Below are positions 1-12,185 of a DNA stretch of 64,000 nucleotides, piece by piece. The notes below the pieces were generated by a model. That model did no database searches. It saw only the letters and a program-made list of their open reading frames with translations, and had not been told where the DNA came from. Source of the stretch: an uncultured Planctomycetia bacterium (lineage in GTDB: Bacteria > Omnitrophota > Gorgyraeia > Gorgyraeales > Gorgyraeaceae); assembly GCA_964566255.1 (NCBI GenBank), contig CAZMID010000004.1:3441-67440 (forward strand), in the 5' to 3' direction. Both the position numbers and the translations under genes were made by a program. Positions within the stretch are counted from its first letter, which is position 1, and each line of letters begins with the position of its first letter.

Positions 1-1235
1 TTACAATGATGGCATGTAAGTTTTTTTGTATGAAAATGGTATGTTAAAGATACGCTGCACCTTTTACAAGTAATAACATAACCACATTTTCTGCAACTTA
101 TAAATGTAGAAAAACCTCTACGATTCAAAAAAAGTATTACTTGTTTTCCTTGGGAAATATCTTTTTCTATCCATGTCTTAAGCGGATGTGAAAAAATAGG
201 TAATTTTTTTGATCTGGTTAATTCCTCCCTCATGTCTACGATATTCACCTCAGGTAAAAGCTTAGAATCTATCCTCTCAGGTAACTCTACAAGTACATAT
301 AAACCTTTCCTCGCTTTATAAAAAGATTCTAAAGAAGGTGTAGCGCTCCCAAGTATGACACTTGCACCTGATATCTCAGCTCTTTTTATTGCAACATCCC
401 TTGCATTATATCTGGGAACATCTTCCTGCTTATAAGAAGTTTCATGCTCTTCATCTACAACTACTAAACCTAAATTCTTTACAGGTGCAAATATGGCTGA
501 TCTTGCACCTACTACGATATGTGCTTCTCCAGAACGAATCCTTTCCCATTCAGACATCCTTTTTGAACCTAAAAGCCTTGAATGAAGGACTGCAATACTA
601 TCTTTAAATCTTGCCTTAAAGCGTGCTACTGTTTGAGGTGTAAGTGAAATCTCAGGAACAAGTATTATACTTGATTTATTTAACTTTAAGGCATGTTCTA
701 TAGACTGCAAATAGACTTCTGTCTTTCCGCTTCCTGTTACACCGTGAAGTAAAAAAACCTTATGAATACTATCATCTATACATTTTTTTATTGCAGAAAG
801 AGCTTCTTTCTGCTCAGGTGTAGGAGATAAATTAGTGTCTGAACCATCTATAAATTCTATTTCAGATTCATCTGGTTCTTTTTTCTTTGTGTGGCGTTTT
901 GTTTTCGTAGATCGCTTCAAAACACTAGGAACTGCTGCAGAAAGCGCCTCTCCCCATGAAGAATAATAATATTCCGATATCCACTTTGTAAGTTTAAGCA
1001 TATGACTATCAAGCATAGAGGATTTATCAAGAGATTTTAGTATAGGTTTAACAGTGTTTAATTTGCATTCTGAAGAAAACCCTACCACATATCCTTTAAT
1101 ATTTTTATTTCCAAAAGATACCTCTACCAAATTCCCTATATCTATAGAGTCTTTTAATTCAGAAGGAACAGAATATGTAAAAGGTTTCTCTAGGGGACGG
1201 TTAAAAACAATATCTGCAAAATTCTTACTACTCAC
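1..1235 (-). CDS. priA: Primosomal protein N' (PriA helicase), 5' portion; gene continues beyond window start. Proposed GTG start at 1235-1233.
   Basis: Manual minus-strand translation: N-terminus ...FADIVFNRPLEKPFTYSVPSELKDSIDIGNLVEVSFGNKNIKGYVVGF (PriA 3'-DNA-binding domain signature), Walker A HGVTGSGKTEVY at ~746-711. Frame is open to position 1. In-frame stop at 1278-1280 and no ATG downstream of it, so GTG(1235-1233) preceded by GGAG is the likely start. Confidence 0.85.
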   Translation of the reverse strand, partial: MSSKNFADIVFNRPLEKPFTYSVPSELKDSIDIGNLVEVSFGNKNIKGYVVGFSSECKLNTVKPILKSLDKSSMLDSHMLKLTKWISEYYYSSWGEALSAAVPSVLKRSTKTKRHTKKKEPDESEIEFIDGSDTNLSPTPEQKEALSAIKKCIDDSIHKVFLLHGVTGSGKTEVYLQSIEHALKLNKSSIILVPEISLTPQTVARFKARFKDSIAVLHSRLLGSKRMSEWERIRSGEAHIVVGARSAIFAPVKNLGLVVVDEEHETSYKQEDVPRYNARDVAIKRAEISGASVILGSATPSLESFYKARKGLYVLVELPERIDSKLLPEVNIVDMREELTRSKKLPIFSHPLKTWIEKDISQGKQVILFLNRRGFSTFISCRKCGYVITCKRCSVSLTYHFHTKKLTCHHC

Positions 1236-1867
1236 AATAACTCCATTATCTTTTTCATGTCCTGCCAGACGAGTTTTTTATCCTTAGGATTGCGCAAAAG
1301 ATACGCAGGATGAAATGTCGGCATAAATCTTATACCTCTAAAACTATGCCAATTACCCCTTAACTTGCTTATTGAAATATTACTATTCAAAAGAGTCTGA
1401 CTTGCAAATTTTCCAAGACCGCAAATTATCTCTGGTTTTATATATTCTATTTGTTTATAAAGATAATCTAGGCAAAGAGGTATTTCTTCGGGTAAAGGGT
1501 TTCTGTTTTGAGGAGGTCTGCACTTTAAAATATTACATATATATACATCTTCTCTCTTCATGCCCATAGATTCTATTATCTTTGTTAAAAGCATTCCTGC
1601 ATCCCCAACAAAAGGACATCCCTGGATATCTTCTTCATGACCAGGTGCTTCTCCAACAAACATCAATCTTGCATGTATATTACCCTCGCCAAAGACGACT
1701 TTCTTTCTAGTATTTGATAAAGAACACTTCTTACAATCCAGAACCTGATTTTTTAATGATAAAATATTAGAATCTTTGCTCTTTAATGAAAAAAGATACT
1801 CAAAGATACCGCCTTCCTTTTCCATCTTAAAATAATTTTTTATATCTCTTAATAAATTCTCTGACAT
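1232..1867 (-). CDS. Uracil-DNA glycosylase, family 4 (Fe-S type)
   Basis: ORF translation has GEAPGHEEDIQGCPFVGDAGMLL (UDG family 4 motif A) and HPAYLLRNP (motif B). Four Cys (CKKC...C...C) are consistent with the 4Fe-4S cluster. Confidence 0.85.
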   Translation of the reverse strand: MSENLLRDIKNYFKMEKEGGIFEYLFSLKSKDSNILSLKNQVLDCKKCSLSNTRKKVVFGEGNIHARLMFVGEAPGHEEDIQGCPFVGDAGMLLTKIIESMGMKREDVYICNILKCRPPQNRNPLPEEIPLCLDYLYKQIEYIKPEIICGLGKFASQTLLNSNISISKLRGNWHSFRGIRFMPTFHPAYLLRNPKDKKLVWQDMKKIMELL

Positions 1868-1873
1868 CTTATA

Positions 1874-2761
1874 TTAGGGCCTTGGATGAAACTTATGATG
1901 AATAGATTTAAGCCTATCTTTATTTACATGTGTATATATCTGCGTAGTCGATATATCAGAGTGCCCCAGCATCTCCTGAACCACCCTTAAATCAGCTCCT
2001 CTTTCAAGGATATGAGTTGCAAAAGAATGTCTCAAGCTGTGAGGTGTGATATCTTTTTTAATACCTGCAAGACGAGCATACTTTTTTATGGTCTTCCAGA
2101 ATGACTGACGCGACATAGGTTTACCCAACCTTGTAAGAAACAGAAAATTCGAAACCTTTTTCTTTAAAAAAGATGGCCTTGCCTTAGCTAAATACCTTAC
2201 TATACTCTCCTTTGCCTTCCTACCAAAAGGAATGATTCTTTCCTTGCCACCTTTTCCAAGACACTTTACAAAACCTACATCCATATTTACATCATTCATC
2301 TTTAAACTGATAAGTTCTGTCACTCTCATACCCGTAGCATACATAAGTTCTAATGATGCCTTGTCCCTTGTGCCCATAACATCTCTCACATTGGGAGATT
2401 TTAACAATAAATCGACTTCATCTATGCTCAAAGTGAATGGAAGTTTTTTCCAAAGCTTTGGAGATTCTATAACACTTGTAACATCTTCTTTTATTTTATT
2501 TTCCATTAGAAGAAATTTTAAAAAACTCTTTAGACATGCCAATTCTCTTGAGATAGAATTTGCAGAAAGCCCCCTATCTTTTTCAGAAAGCATGAAGGAA
2601 TTTACAGTCTGCCTTGACACCCTCTGGATAGAAGCTATATGTCGGGATTTGAGGTATTCAAAAAATCTCGCAAGATCTCTTTTATAGGAAGATAGGGTAT
2701 TACTGGCTAATCCTCTTTCTACGGAGAGATAATTTAAGAATTCTTCGATAAGTTCGTTCAT
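1874..2761 (-). CDS. Tyrosine site-specific recombinase, XerC/XerD family (chromosome dimer resolution type)
   Basis: C-terminal catalytic signature HSLRHSFATHILERGADLRVVQEMLGHSDISTTQIYTHV with R...HxxR...Y arrangement; 295 aa. No flanking phage or mobile genes. Confidence 0.85.
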   Translation of the reverse strand: MNELIEEFLNYLSVERGLASNTLSSYKRDLARFFEYLKSRHIASIQRVSRQTVNSFMLSEKDRGLSANSISRELACLKSFLKFLLMENKIKEDVTSVIESPKLWKKLPFTLSIDEVDLLLKSPNVRDVMGTRDKASLELMYATGMRVTELISLKMNDVNMDVGFVKCLGKGGKERIIPFGRKAKESIVRYLAKARPSFLKKKVSNFLFLTRLGKPMSRQSFWKTIKKYARLAGIKKDITPHSLRHSFATHILERGADLRVVQEMLGHSDISTTQIYTHVNKDRLKSIHHKFHPRP

Positions 2762-3366
2762 GATATAAATGGATTGTTTGTCTTTTCATTGCCTATGGTG
2801 GAGCTGGGGCCGTGTCCAGGATAAATTACATATTTATCGCTAAGCGTAAATAGTTTTTCTTTTATGGAACTAACTATATCTTCTTCCGAACCATATGTAA
2901 AATCTGTCCTACCAATACCCTCACAAAAAAGTGTATCACCAGTAAAAATAACCCCATCTCCTTTCAAAGATATAGAACCAGGAGTATGTCCAGGCGTATG
3001 TAAGACCTCTAGAGTATATTTACCAATTTTTAAAATATCCCCTTCTTTCAAAAGCCTTGAAGCTGTCTTGGTCCTCATTAAAAATCCAAAACTACCTGAT
3101 AAGTTTTTTGAAGGATCCTGTAAGAACTCAGCATCTAAGCTATGTATCCAGACAGGTAAATTGAATTCACTGTCTGATGCAATATGATCTCCATGACCAT
3201 GGGTATTTATAACAGCTTTGGGATTTAACTTCTCAGTATCGATTATTTTTTTTATCTTTTTGTAATCTCCTCCTGGATCTATAATAAAAACCTCTTTAGT
3301 AGATTCATCTCCTGCTATATAACAATTTGTAGACATCATTCCTACAACAATAGTCTCAATAATCAT
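2758..3366 (-). CDS. MBL-fold metallo-hydrolase (glyoxalase II / YcbL-like)
   Basis: HGHGDH metal-binding motif, later HTPGHTPGS and GDTLF; 202 aa. Confidence 0.75.
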   Translation of the reverse strand: MIIETIVVGMMSTNCYIAGDESTKEVFIIDPGGDYKKIKKIIDTEKLNPKAVINTHGHGDHIASDSEFNLPVWIHSLDAEFLQDPSKNLSGSFGFLMRTKTASRLLKEGDILKIGKYTLEVLHTPGHTPGSISLKGDGVIFTGDTLFCEGIGRTDFTYGSEEDIVSSIKEKLFTLSDKYVIYPGHGPSSTIGNEKTNNPFIS

Positions 3367-3367
3367 A

Positions 3368-5868
<2,501 letters not shown>

Positions 5869-6150
5869 TCAGAATCTTATTTCAAATCCATTTAACTTAT
5901 CTATCGGCTCTTCCCACGTAACATCTGTATTATCGACATAATGATTTGGAAATTCCTTACTCATTTCATCCAGAAATCTCTTTAGTTTGCTTTCTTCACC
6001 CTCACAAACAACTTCTACATTGCCATCTCTTAAATTCTTGGCCCAACCAGCCAAGCCTAATTGAGATGCAACACTACGTGCAGTATATCTAAACCCTACA
6101 CCCTGAACTTTACCTGAATAAAGTATGTGAATACGTTTAATTAAAGTCAT
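5869..6150 (-). CDS. acyP: Acylphosphatase
   Basis: 93 aa; signature VQGVGFRYTARSVASQLGLAGWAKNLRDGNVEVV (acylphosphatase signatures 1 and 2). Confidence 0.85.
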   Translation of the reverse strand: MTLIKRIHILYSGKVQGVGFRYTARSVASQLGLAGWAKNLRDGNVEVVCEGEESKLKRFLDEMSKEFPNHYVDNTDVTWEEPIDKLNGFEIRF

Positions 6151-6156
6151 AAATCA

Positions 6157-6234
6157 TGGTCGGGGCGGACGGACTCGAACCGTCGACCTCTTGCTCCCGA
6201 AGCAAGCGCGCTAGCCAAACTGCGCTACGCCCCG
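6157..6234 (-). tRNA. tRNA-Pro (anticodon CGG), CCA encoded
   Basis: Reverse complement reads CGGGGCG-TA-GCGC AGTTTGGCTA GCGC-G-CTTGC TTCGGGA GCAAG-AGGTC-GACGG TTCGAGT CCGTC-CGCCCCG-ACCA. Cloverleaf hand-folded; anticodon loop TT-CGG-GA; 7-bp acceptor stem; T-loop TTCGAGT. Confidence 0.9.
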
Positions 6235-6240
6235 TGAATA

Positions 6241-7272
6241 TCAATCCAATTTTTGTATTTTTCTTTTCCGTTCCAGAGAATCTATCATTGAAAGCTTATT
6301 GCCAAACTTATCAAGGCGTTCTTCCGCCCTATCATAACTGGATTTGACATTTCCGATGTGTGAACCCATCTTATCAAAATCCACTCTAAATTTTTCAAGA
6401 GAAGTTTTTAAAGTAACTATTCTCTTTATAACTTCCTGGGTTTTTTCTTCTATGCCTAAACCTTTTAAGCCAAGAATAATAACCTGTAAATACGCATAAA
6501 AACTATTTGGGGAGACAGGAATTACCTTTTTGGATATAGCATGGGAGAATATGGATTTTTCACCTGCAAAATCATCATCTTTTATAACAGCTTCATAATA
6601 AACATTCTCAGCAGGTATATACATAAGAGCAAAATCATATGTATCCTCATCAGGAAGGATATATTTATCTGCAATAGAATTTATATGTTCTTTGAGGGAC
6701 TTTACAAATTCCTTTTTGGCGCGCTTTCTATCTACGTCGCTTGTAGCTTCTATAAAACGACTAAAGCTTTCCATGGGAAACTTTGAATCTACAGGTACTA
6801 ATTTTTTACCAATCTTTATTACGGCATCTACCCTTTCTCCGCTTTTAAATGAATACTGCAGTTCATAAAAATCCCTATCTGGCATTATCTGACTTAAAAG
6901 ATTATCTAAAAATAATTCTCCAAGTCCACCTCTCATTTTTGGAGCCCTTAAGATCTCCTGTAAACTAGATATATCCTTACCTACTTCATAGATCTGTTGT
7001 GTCCTTTGATCTAAGGAACCTAGACTCTCTCTAACCTCTCCAAAGACCCTAGTCGTATTATTAAGCTGCGAACCTACAGACGTACTCATATTATTTAACT
7101 GCTTTAAGATAAGATCTGTATTCTTTGAAAGGGTGTCGCTCCATTCAGAGCGGAGGACATTAATCTTTTCTTCATTTTCTCTTGAAGTAGAATCTTTACC
7201 TTTACGCGTTAAAAACACTACTAAAGTAATAGTTACAAAAATCCACACTACATTTATTAGTATAATATTCAT
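6241..7272 (-). CDS. rmuC: DNA recombination protein RmuC
   Basis: 343 aa; N-terminal TM helix and long coiled-coil, then conserved C-terminal block VPVDSKFPMESF...FALMYIPAENVYYEAV typical of the RmuC family. RBS AAGGAG upstream of ATG at 7272. Confidence 0.7.
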   Translation of the reverse strand: MNIILINVVWIFVTITLVVFLTRKGKDSTSRENEEKINVLRSEWSDTLSKNTDLILKQLNNMSTSVGSQLNNTTRVFGEVRESLGSLDQRTQQIYEVGKDISSLQEILRAPKMRGGLGELFLDNLLSQIMPDRDFYELQYSFKSGERVDAVIKIGKKLVPVDSKFPMESFSRFIEATSDVDRKRAKKEFVKSLKEHINSIADKYILPDEDTYDFALMYIPAENVYYEAVIKDDDFAGEKSIFSHAISKKVIPVSPNSFYAYLQVIILGLKGLGIEEKTQEVIKRIVTLKTSLEKFRVDFDKMGSHIGNVKSSYDRAEERLDKFGNKLSMIDSLERKRKIQKLD

Positions 7273-7333
7273 GATAGTCTCCTTGTGGGCTATATTGGTT
7301 ATATTATACTAAAATATATAATGTTTGGGAAGT

Positions 7334-7966
7334 TTAAATATACTGGTACTTCTTAAGAAGATGTTGTAAATCTGTCTTTTGGGCGTGACGAGCTAGGTAT
7401 TTTGAAAGGATGTCTATCTCTACGTTAAGTAAATCACCCTTTTTCTTATTGCTAAAGGTCGTTATCTTAAGAGTGTGTGGTATTAAATATACTGTAAAAC
7501 TCTTTTTTTCCACTTTGACTACTGTCAAACTCACTCCATCTAAAGCAATAGAACCTTTTTCTGCTACTAAATTTGAAAATTCCTCTGGTAAAAACACTTT
7601 AAAGCCTGTACCTTCTGAACCTTTTAAAATCTTCTCTATCCTAGCTTTATAATCTATGTGACCAGAGACAAAATGACCTCCTATTTTAGAGTCTACCTTC
7701 AAGCTTCTCTCTAAGTTGATAGAATCTCCTATCTTTAACTCTGAAAGCGTAGTCTTTTTAAGGGATTCTTTTATAACATCAAAACTAAGAAATTTTTCTT
7801 TTATATCAGTAACACTTAAGCATACACCACTTACAGCTATGCTATCTCCTAATTTTACATCCACAGAAACACTATCTGCCTTTATTCTAAGAGAAACACC
7901 TTCTCTCGTCTTATTTATAGCTATAACAATACCTTTTTCTTCAATTATTCCTGTAAACATAACCAC
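7334..7966 (-). CDS. ribE: Riboflavin synthase (alpha subunit)
   Basis: Starts (M)VMFTGIIEEKG..., classic riboflavin synthase N-terminus. Two lumazine-binding repeats (second begins GHFVSGHID). True start may be the Met two codons in (7960). Confidence 0.9.
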   Translation of the reverse strand: MVMFTGIIEEKGIVIAINKTREGVSLRIKADSVSVDVKLGDSIAVSGVCLSVTDIKEKFLSFDVIKESLKKTTLSELKIGDSINLERSLKVDSKIGGHFVSGHIDYKARIEKILKGSEGTGFKVFLPEEFSNLVAEKGSIALDGVSLTVVKVEKKSFTVYLIPHTLKITTFSNKKKGDLLNVEIDILSKYLARHAQKTDLQHLLKKYQYI

Positions 7967-9050
7967 CTACCAATATATCTTCTCCGATTTTTTCAATCTT
8001 TATATCTTTTAATTTTAAAGATTTTCTGACTTTATCAACACCCTTTCCTTCAACTGAAGTAATAGCATTCTTTCCACCAATTATCTTAGGGGATATAAAA
8101 AATAAAACTCTATCTACAAAGCCTCCTTCTATAAAACCTGCTAGGGTCTGACCCCCTCCTTCTACCAATAAATGACTAATCTCAAGTTCAGCTAATTCCT
8201 TTAAAAGAAATCTCAAGTCAATCTTACTATTTTTACTAGGACAAGTTATAACTAAAATACCTCTTTTATTTAAACGTTTAATCTTTTCTAAAATATCTTT
8301 ATCATCCAAAGGTTCTTTTAAAATAACAATGATATTTAAACTAGGAGAATATTTTGAGAAAATCTTTGCTTTTTCAGGAGTCTTTAAATTAGGATCCAAT
8401 ATAACTTTAATAGGCGACTGAGATCTCCTAGAAGTAAGTAAGGGATTATCTTTTATAACAGTGTTAATCCCGACGAGGATAGCATCTACTTCACTGCGTA
8501 ACTTATGAGAATAATCTCTAGACTCATCAGAAGTTATCCATTTTGAATCGTAAATTTTAGTAGCAATCTTCCCGTCTAAAGATTCTGCAGCCTTTAATGT
8601 TACAAAGGGCATTTTTTTTGTTATATATTTTATAAAAACTTCATTTAGCTTTTCAGCATCTTTTTTTAATAACCCGACCTTAACATCAATATTATTTTTC
8701 TTTAGTATTTTTATGCTGCGGCCATTATTTAAAGGATTGGGATCTATCATTGCACAATAAACACGCTTTATTTTGCTTTTTATAATGCTATCAGTGCAAG
8801 CAGGAGTCCTTCCTGTATGACTACATGGTTCAAGATTAACATATAAAGTAGCACCTTTTGCTTTTTTACCAGCTTCTTTTAAAGCAATCGCCTCTGCATG
8901 TAAACTACCTATCCTCTTATGATAACCACAAGATATAACCTTTCCGTTCTTCACTACTACAGCACCTACCATAGGATTAGGACTAGTGGAGGATTTTCCT
9001 TTTCTAGCTAACTCCAAACACATTCTCATAAAAAATTCATGTTTATTCAT
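7941..9050 (-). CDS. ribD: Bifunctional diaminohydroxyphosphoribosylaminopyrimidine deaminase / 5-amino-6-(5-phosphoribosylamino)uracil reductase
   Basis: Deaminase zinc motif HAEAIALKEAG...PCSHTGRTPAC, followed by a RibD C-terminal reductase domain; 369 aa. Confidence 0.9.
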   Translation of the reverse strand: MNKHEFFMRMCLELARKGKSSTSPNPMVGAVVVKNGKVISCGYHKRIGSLHAEAIALKEAGKKAKGATLYVNLEPCSHTGRTPACTDSIIKSKIKRVYCAMIDPNPLNNGRSIKILKKNNIDVKVGLLKKDAEKLNEVFIKYITKKMPFVTLKAAESLDGKIATKIYDSKWITSDESRDYSHKLRSEVDAILVGINTVIKDNPLLTSRRSQSPIKVILDPNLKTPEKAKIFSKYSPSLNIIVILKEPLDDKDILEKIKRLNKRGILVITCPSKNSKIDLRFLLKELAELEISHLLVEGGGQTLAGFIEGGFVDRVLFFISPKIIGGKNAITSVEGKGVDKVRKSLKLKDIKIEKIGEDILVGGYVYRNN

Positions 9051-9051
9051 A

Positions 9052-9876
9052 TTATTTACTAGCTTCTTTTATCTTATCAACCAATTCATAAGGAATTTTT
9101 ACACTACCTAGTAAAACTTCTTTTTTACCCAGTCCATGACAATCTGATCCACCGCTTATAAGTAAACTATATTTTTCAGCTAATTCTTTGAACTTATTTT
9201 CATCAGAAGAGGTATGATTATAATAATATGCTTCTATACCCTGTATGCCATCTTCGATTAACATTTTTAAAGCTTTATCTACATCCATGCGAATCGTCTT
9301 TGGATGTGCTAAAACAGCGACACCGCCAACACGCTTTATCATACTTACTGCCTCTTTGGGAGATAATTTAAACTTTTTAACATAACAAGATCCATTATCT
9401 CCTAGATATTTTCTGAAGGCCTCTTCTATAGATCCAACATGCCCTTTTTTAGCTAAAAACTGTGCTATATGTAACCTACCCACAGAACCAAACCCACTAA
9501 ATTCAAAGAATTCTTTCTCTGAAACATCCATCCCATGCTCTCTTAACTTTTCTAATATTTTCTTTGCCCTATTTCTTCTTACGGCTGAGATTTCTTCTAG
9601 TTTTTTAATAAAAGTAAGGTCTTTCCAATCTACAAAATACCCCAGGATATGCGCCTCTACTCCATTGAATTCTGCACTCATCTCTACTCCTGATATAACT
9701 TCTATACCAAGATCTTTTGCTGTTGCAATGGCCCGTTCAATTCCAGAACAAGAGTCATGATCTGTTATTGCTATTGCAGAAAGTCCTCTTTCCTTCGAAT
9801 GCTTTACTGCATCTTCAGGCGAAAAGGTCCCATCTGAAAAATAAGTATGAACATGTAAATCAGCTACTTTTTGCAT
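9052..9876 (-). CDS. PHP-domain phosphoesterase (TrpH/YciV-like), embedded in the rib operon
   Basis: N-terminus DLHVHTYFSDGTFSPED and later AITDHDS, GVE, HP: PHP family metal-binding motifs; 274 aa. Confidence 0.75.
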   Translation of the reverse strand: MQKVADLHVHTYFSDGTFSPEDAVKHSKERGLSAIAITDHDSCSGIERAIATAKDLGIEVISGVEMSAEFNGVEAHILGYFVDWKDLTFIKKLEEISAVRRNRAKKILEKLREHGMDVSEKEFFEFSGFGSVGRLHIAQFLAKKGHVGSIEEAFRKYLGDNGSCYVKKFKLSPKEAVSMIKRVGGVAVLAHPKTIRMDVDKALKMLIEDGIQGIEAYYYNHTSSDENKFKELAEKYSLLISGGSDCHGLGKKEVLLGSVKIPYELVDKIKEASK

Positions 9877-10274
9877 TCTTTATCCCTAATCTTGTCCAAA
9901 ATCCCATTCACAAACTTCCCGGAATCCACATCTCCGTATTTTTTTGCAAGGTCTATTGCCTCATTTATGGAAACCTTATAAGGTATATCATCCATATGAA
10001 GAAGCTCAAATACACCCATACGTAAGACATTTTTATCTATAACAGCCATTCTTTTGATTTCCCAGTTGTCTGCATAGCTTGAAATAACTTCATCTATCTT
10101 TGAACAGTTATCTAAAGTTCCCTTTGCAAGAAGATTTGCAAAATCCTTTACTTCTTTACTAGCATCTTCCCTTTTCCAAAAATCCTCTATGCTGGATTCT
10201 AAGGGTTCCCTAGAAATTTCAACTCTATAGAGGATCTTTAATGCGCATTCTCTCGCTAATGTACGTTTACGCAT
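9864..10274 (-). CDS. nusB: Transcription antitermination factor NusB
   Basis: 136 aa, begins MRKRTLARECALKILY (NusB RxxARExALQxLY signature); lies between ribH and the PHP gene. Confidence 0.85.
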   Translation of the reverse strand: MRKRTLARECALKILYRVEISREPLESSIEDFWKREDASKEVKDFANLLAKGTLDNCSKIDEVISSYADNWEIKRMAVIDKNVLRMGVFELLHMDDIPYKVSINEAIDLAKKYGDVDSGKFVNGILDKIRDKECKK

Positions 10275-10276
10275 AT

Positions 10277-10741
10277 TTAGAACTCATCCACTAGATTTGC
10301 CATCTCAATTGCAGATAAAGCTGCGTCACGACCTTTATTACCTTCTTTTGTTCCTGCTCTTTCTATTGCCTGGTCAAGTGAATCAGCTGTTATGATCCCA
10401 AATATTGCAGGTACTCCTGTATTAAAAGATACATATGAAATACCTTTGGCTGCTTCTGAGGCAATATAATCAAAATGAGGTGTTGAACCTCTTATTACAG
10501 TACCCAAACATATTACTGCATCGTATTTTTTAGACTTTGCCATACGCTGCGCTAATAAAGGTATCTCAAATGCTCCTGGAACCCATGCAACTTCTACATC
10601 GTTTTCCTTTACTCCATGTCGCAAAAGTGTATCAGTGCAACCTTCCATAAGACGATTCGTTATAAAATCATTGAATCTGGAAGCAATTATACCGAACTTC
10701 TTACCTTTTGCAATCAGTTGACCTTGAATGGTTTTTACCAT
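10277..10741 (-). CDS. ribH: 6,7-dimethyl-8-ribityllumazine synthase
   Basis: 154 aa; [19 protein letters not shown]...VPGAFEIP...GTVIRG..HFDYI, lumazine synthase signature. Confidence 0.9.
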   Translation of the reverse strand: MVKTIQGQLIAKGKKFGIIASRFNDFITNRLMEGCTDTLLRHGVKENDVEVAWVPGAFEIPLLAQRMAKSKKYDAVICLGTVIRGSTPHFDYIASEAAKGISYVSFNTGVPAIFGIITADSLDQAIERAGTKEGNKGRDAALSAIEMANLVDEF

Positions 10742-11961
10742 CCTACACCTCCTTTTTTAGTTACCCTAAGTAATTTATGTCCCATTTTCTCCTTTTTAGT
10801 CCTAAGATATCTTTTATTTGTATGCGTTGGTTCTGTCTCTAAAGGAACTCTTTCTGCTACCTTAAGACCATATCCTTCGATACCTACGATCTTCTTTGGA
10901 TTATTTGTCATAAGAAGTATCTTTTTTAAACCAAGATCTACAAGTATTTGTGCACCTATACCATAATCTCTTAAATCTGGCTTAAAACCAAGCGCCTCAT
11001 TGGCTTCTACAGTATCAAGGCCTTTATCCTGTAAAGCATAGGCCTTAATCTTATTCATAAGGCCAATACCTCTTCCTTCCTGTCTCATATAAAGTAGAAC
11101 TCCTCTTCCTTTTTCAGAGATATTTTTCATTGCCTGATGAAGCTGCTCTCCACAGTCACATCTTTTTGAACCAAAGATATCTCCTGTAAGACATTCTGAA
11201 TGAACCCTAACAAATACTTCTCTATTTCCAGAGACGTCTCCTTTTACAAGAGCTATATGATGAGATTTATCTATACTAGATTCGTAAAGATACATCTTGA
11301 ATATACCAAATTCTGTGGGGAGTTGAGTTGAAACAATACGAGTTACTAATTTTTCTGAACGCCTTCTATATTCTATAAGGTCTCTAGTAGTACAAATCTT
11401 AAGATTGTGCCTTTTTGAAAACTTTACTAGATCAGGCATTCTGGACATAGAACCGTCTTCATTTATTATCTCGCATATAACACCTGCAGGGTAAAGTCCT
11501 GATAATTTCATGAGGTCTACGCATGCCTCTGTATGTCCCGCACGCGTTAAGACTCCTCCTTCTTTTGCTCTAAGAGGAAATACATGCCCTGGCCTAACTA
11601 AATCATCTGGTTTTGTCTTAGGATTTATAAGAGTCTTTACAGTAATTGCACGATCATGTGCAGATATACCTGTCCTTACCCCATCCCTAGCATCTATAGA
11701 AATTGTCCAAGCAGTTTTAAAAGGATCTTCATTGCTTTCAAACATGGGATGTAATCCCAGTTCATCTAAGCGTTTTGCCTCCATAGGAGAACAAACAAGG
11801 CCTCTACCATGCTTTATCATGAAATTTATTGCCTCATGGTCAGTAAATTCTGCTGCAATGACAAGATCCCCTTCATTCTCTCGATCTTCGTCATCCACAA
11901 CAACGATCATCCTGCCTTTTTTTAAATCCTTTAGGACTTCTGGTATTGTGTTGAATTTCAT
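10735..11961 (-). CDS. ribBA: Bifunctional 3,4-dihydroxy-2-butanone-4-phosphate synthase / GTP cyclohydrolase II; start re-called at the internal ATG
   Basis: DHBP synthase motifs ([12 protein letters not shown]) and GTP-CH-II motifs (C..C..C, RGIG). The track's 5' extension (to 12039) runs through the riboswitch and its terminator. The ATG at 11961-11959 ([10 protein letters not shown]) is preceded by AAGGAG at 11969-11974 and follows the terminator U-tract. Confidence 0.85.
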   Translation of the reverse strand: MKFNTIPEVLKDLKKGRMIVVVDDEDRENEGDLVIAAEFTDHEAINFMIKHGRGLVCSPMEAKRLDELGLHPMFESNEDPFKTAWTISIDARDGVRTGISAHDRAITVKTLINPKTKPDDLVRPGHVFPLRAKEGGVLTRAGHTEACVDLMKLSGLYPAGVICEIINEDGSMSRMPDLVKFSKRHNLKICTTRDLIEYRRRSEKLVTRIVSTQLPTEFGIFKMYLYESSIDKSHHIALVKGDVSGNREVFVRVHSECLTGDIFGSKRCDCGEQLHQAMKNISEKGRGVLLYMRQEGRGIGLMNKIKAYALQDKGLDTVEANEALGFKPDLRDYGIGAQILVDLGLKKILLMTNNPKKIVGIEGYGLKVAERVPLETEPTHTNKRYLRTKKEKMGHKLLRVTKKGGVGW

Positions 11962-11979
11962 TATCGACTCCTTAAAAAT

Positions 11980-12140
11980 AAAAAACCCGAAGGTTACTCT
12001 TCGGGTATAAAGGATTATATCCTTATCATCTTCTCCCATCTAGCCTTTTACTATCGGTCCCGGAATTGCGCCGGGTCTGCCCTTTAATAGAGCTCGCGGA
12101 CTTTACCGCCGGTGGGGAATTTCACCCTCTCCCGAAGATC
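11980..12140 (-). promoter_or_regulatory. FMN riboswitch (RFN element) controlling the rib operon
   Basis: Minus-strand RNA GAUCUUCGGGAGAGGGUGAAAUUCCCCACCGGCGGUAAAGUCCGCGAGC...CCGGCGCAAUUCCGGGACCGAUAGUAAAAGGCUAGAUGGGAGAAG matches the conserved RFN core (GGGUGAAAUUCCC, ACCGGCGGUA, CCGCGAGC, GACCGAUAGU, GGAUGGGAGAAG) in the correct order. Confidence 0.9.
11981..12010 (-). terminator. Intrinsic terminator hairpin (FMN riboswitch expression platform)
   Basis: Minus-strand RNA CCCGAAG-AGUAAC-CUUCGGG (7-bp GC-rich stem, 6-nt loop) followed by UUUUUUAUUUUU, immediately upstream of the ribBA RBS. Confidence 0.75.
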
Positions 12141-12156
12141 AAATTTTATTAGAATT

Positions 12157-12185
12157 ATTATAACAAACTACAAAATACCTGTCAA
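12157..12185 (-). promoter_or_regulatory. Sigma70-type promoter for the riboswitch/rib operon
   Basis: Minus strand reads TTGACA (12185-12180), 17-nt spacer, TATAAT (12162-12157); perfect consensus, about 15 nt upstream of the riboswitch 5' end. Confidence 0.7.

Noticed and set aside
1874-2761. Possibility that the tyrosine recombinase marks a prophage/integrative element
   Set aside because: Sequence has XerC/D-type housekeeping signatures, is flanked by udg, MBL hydrolase and ligA, and no phage, transposase or repeat features are nearby.
6157-6234. tRNA-Pro as an integration hotspot for the glycan locus
   Set aside because: The tRNA is ~6 kb from the locus boundary, separated by rmuC and the rib operon. 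No direct repeats of the tRNA 3' end were seen.
10735-12039. The long form of ribBA (434 aa, MGEDDKD...) as given in the ORF track
   Set aside because: Its first ~26 codons are the 3' part of the FMN riboswitch aptamer plus the terminator hairpin. The downstream ATG with AAGGAG RBS is the real start.
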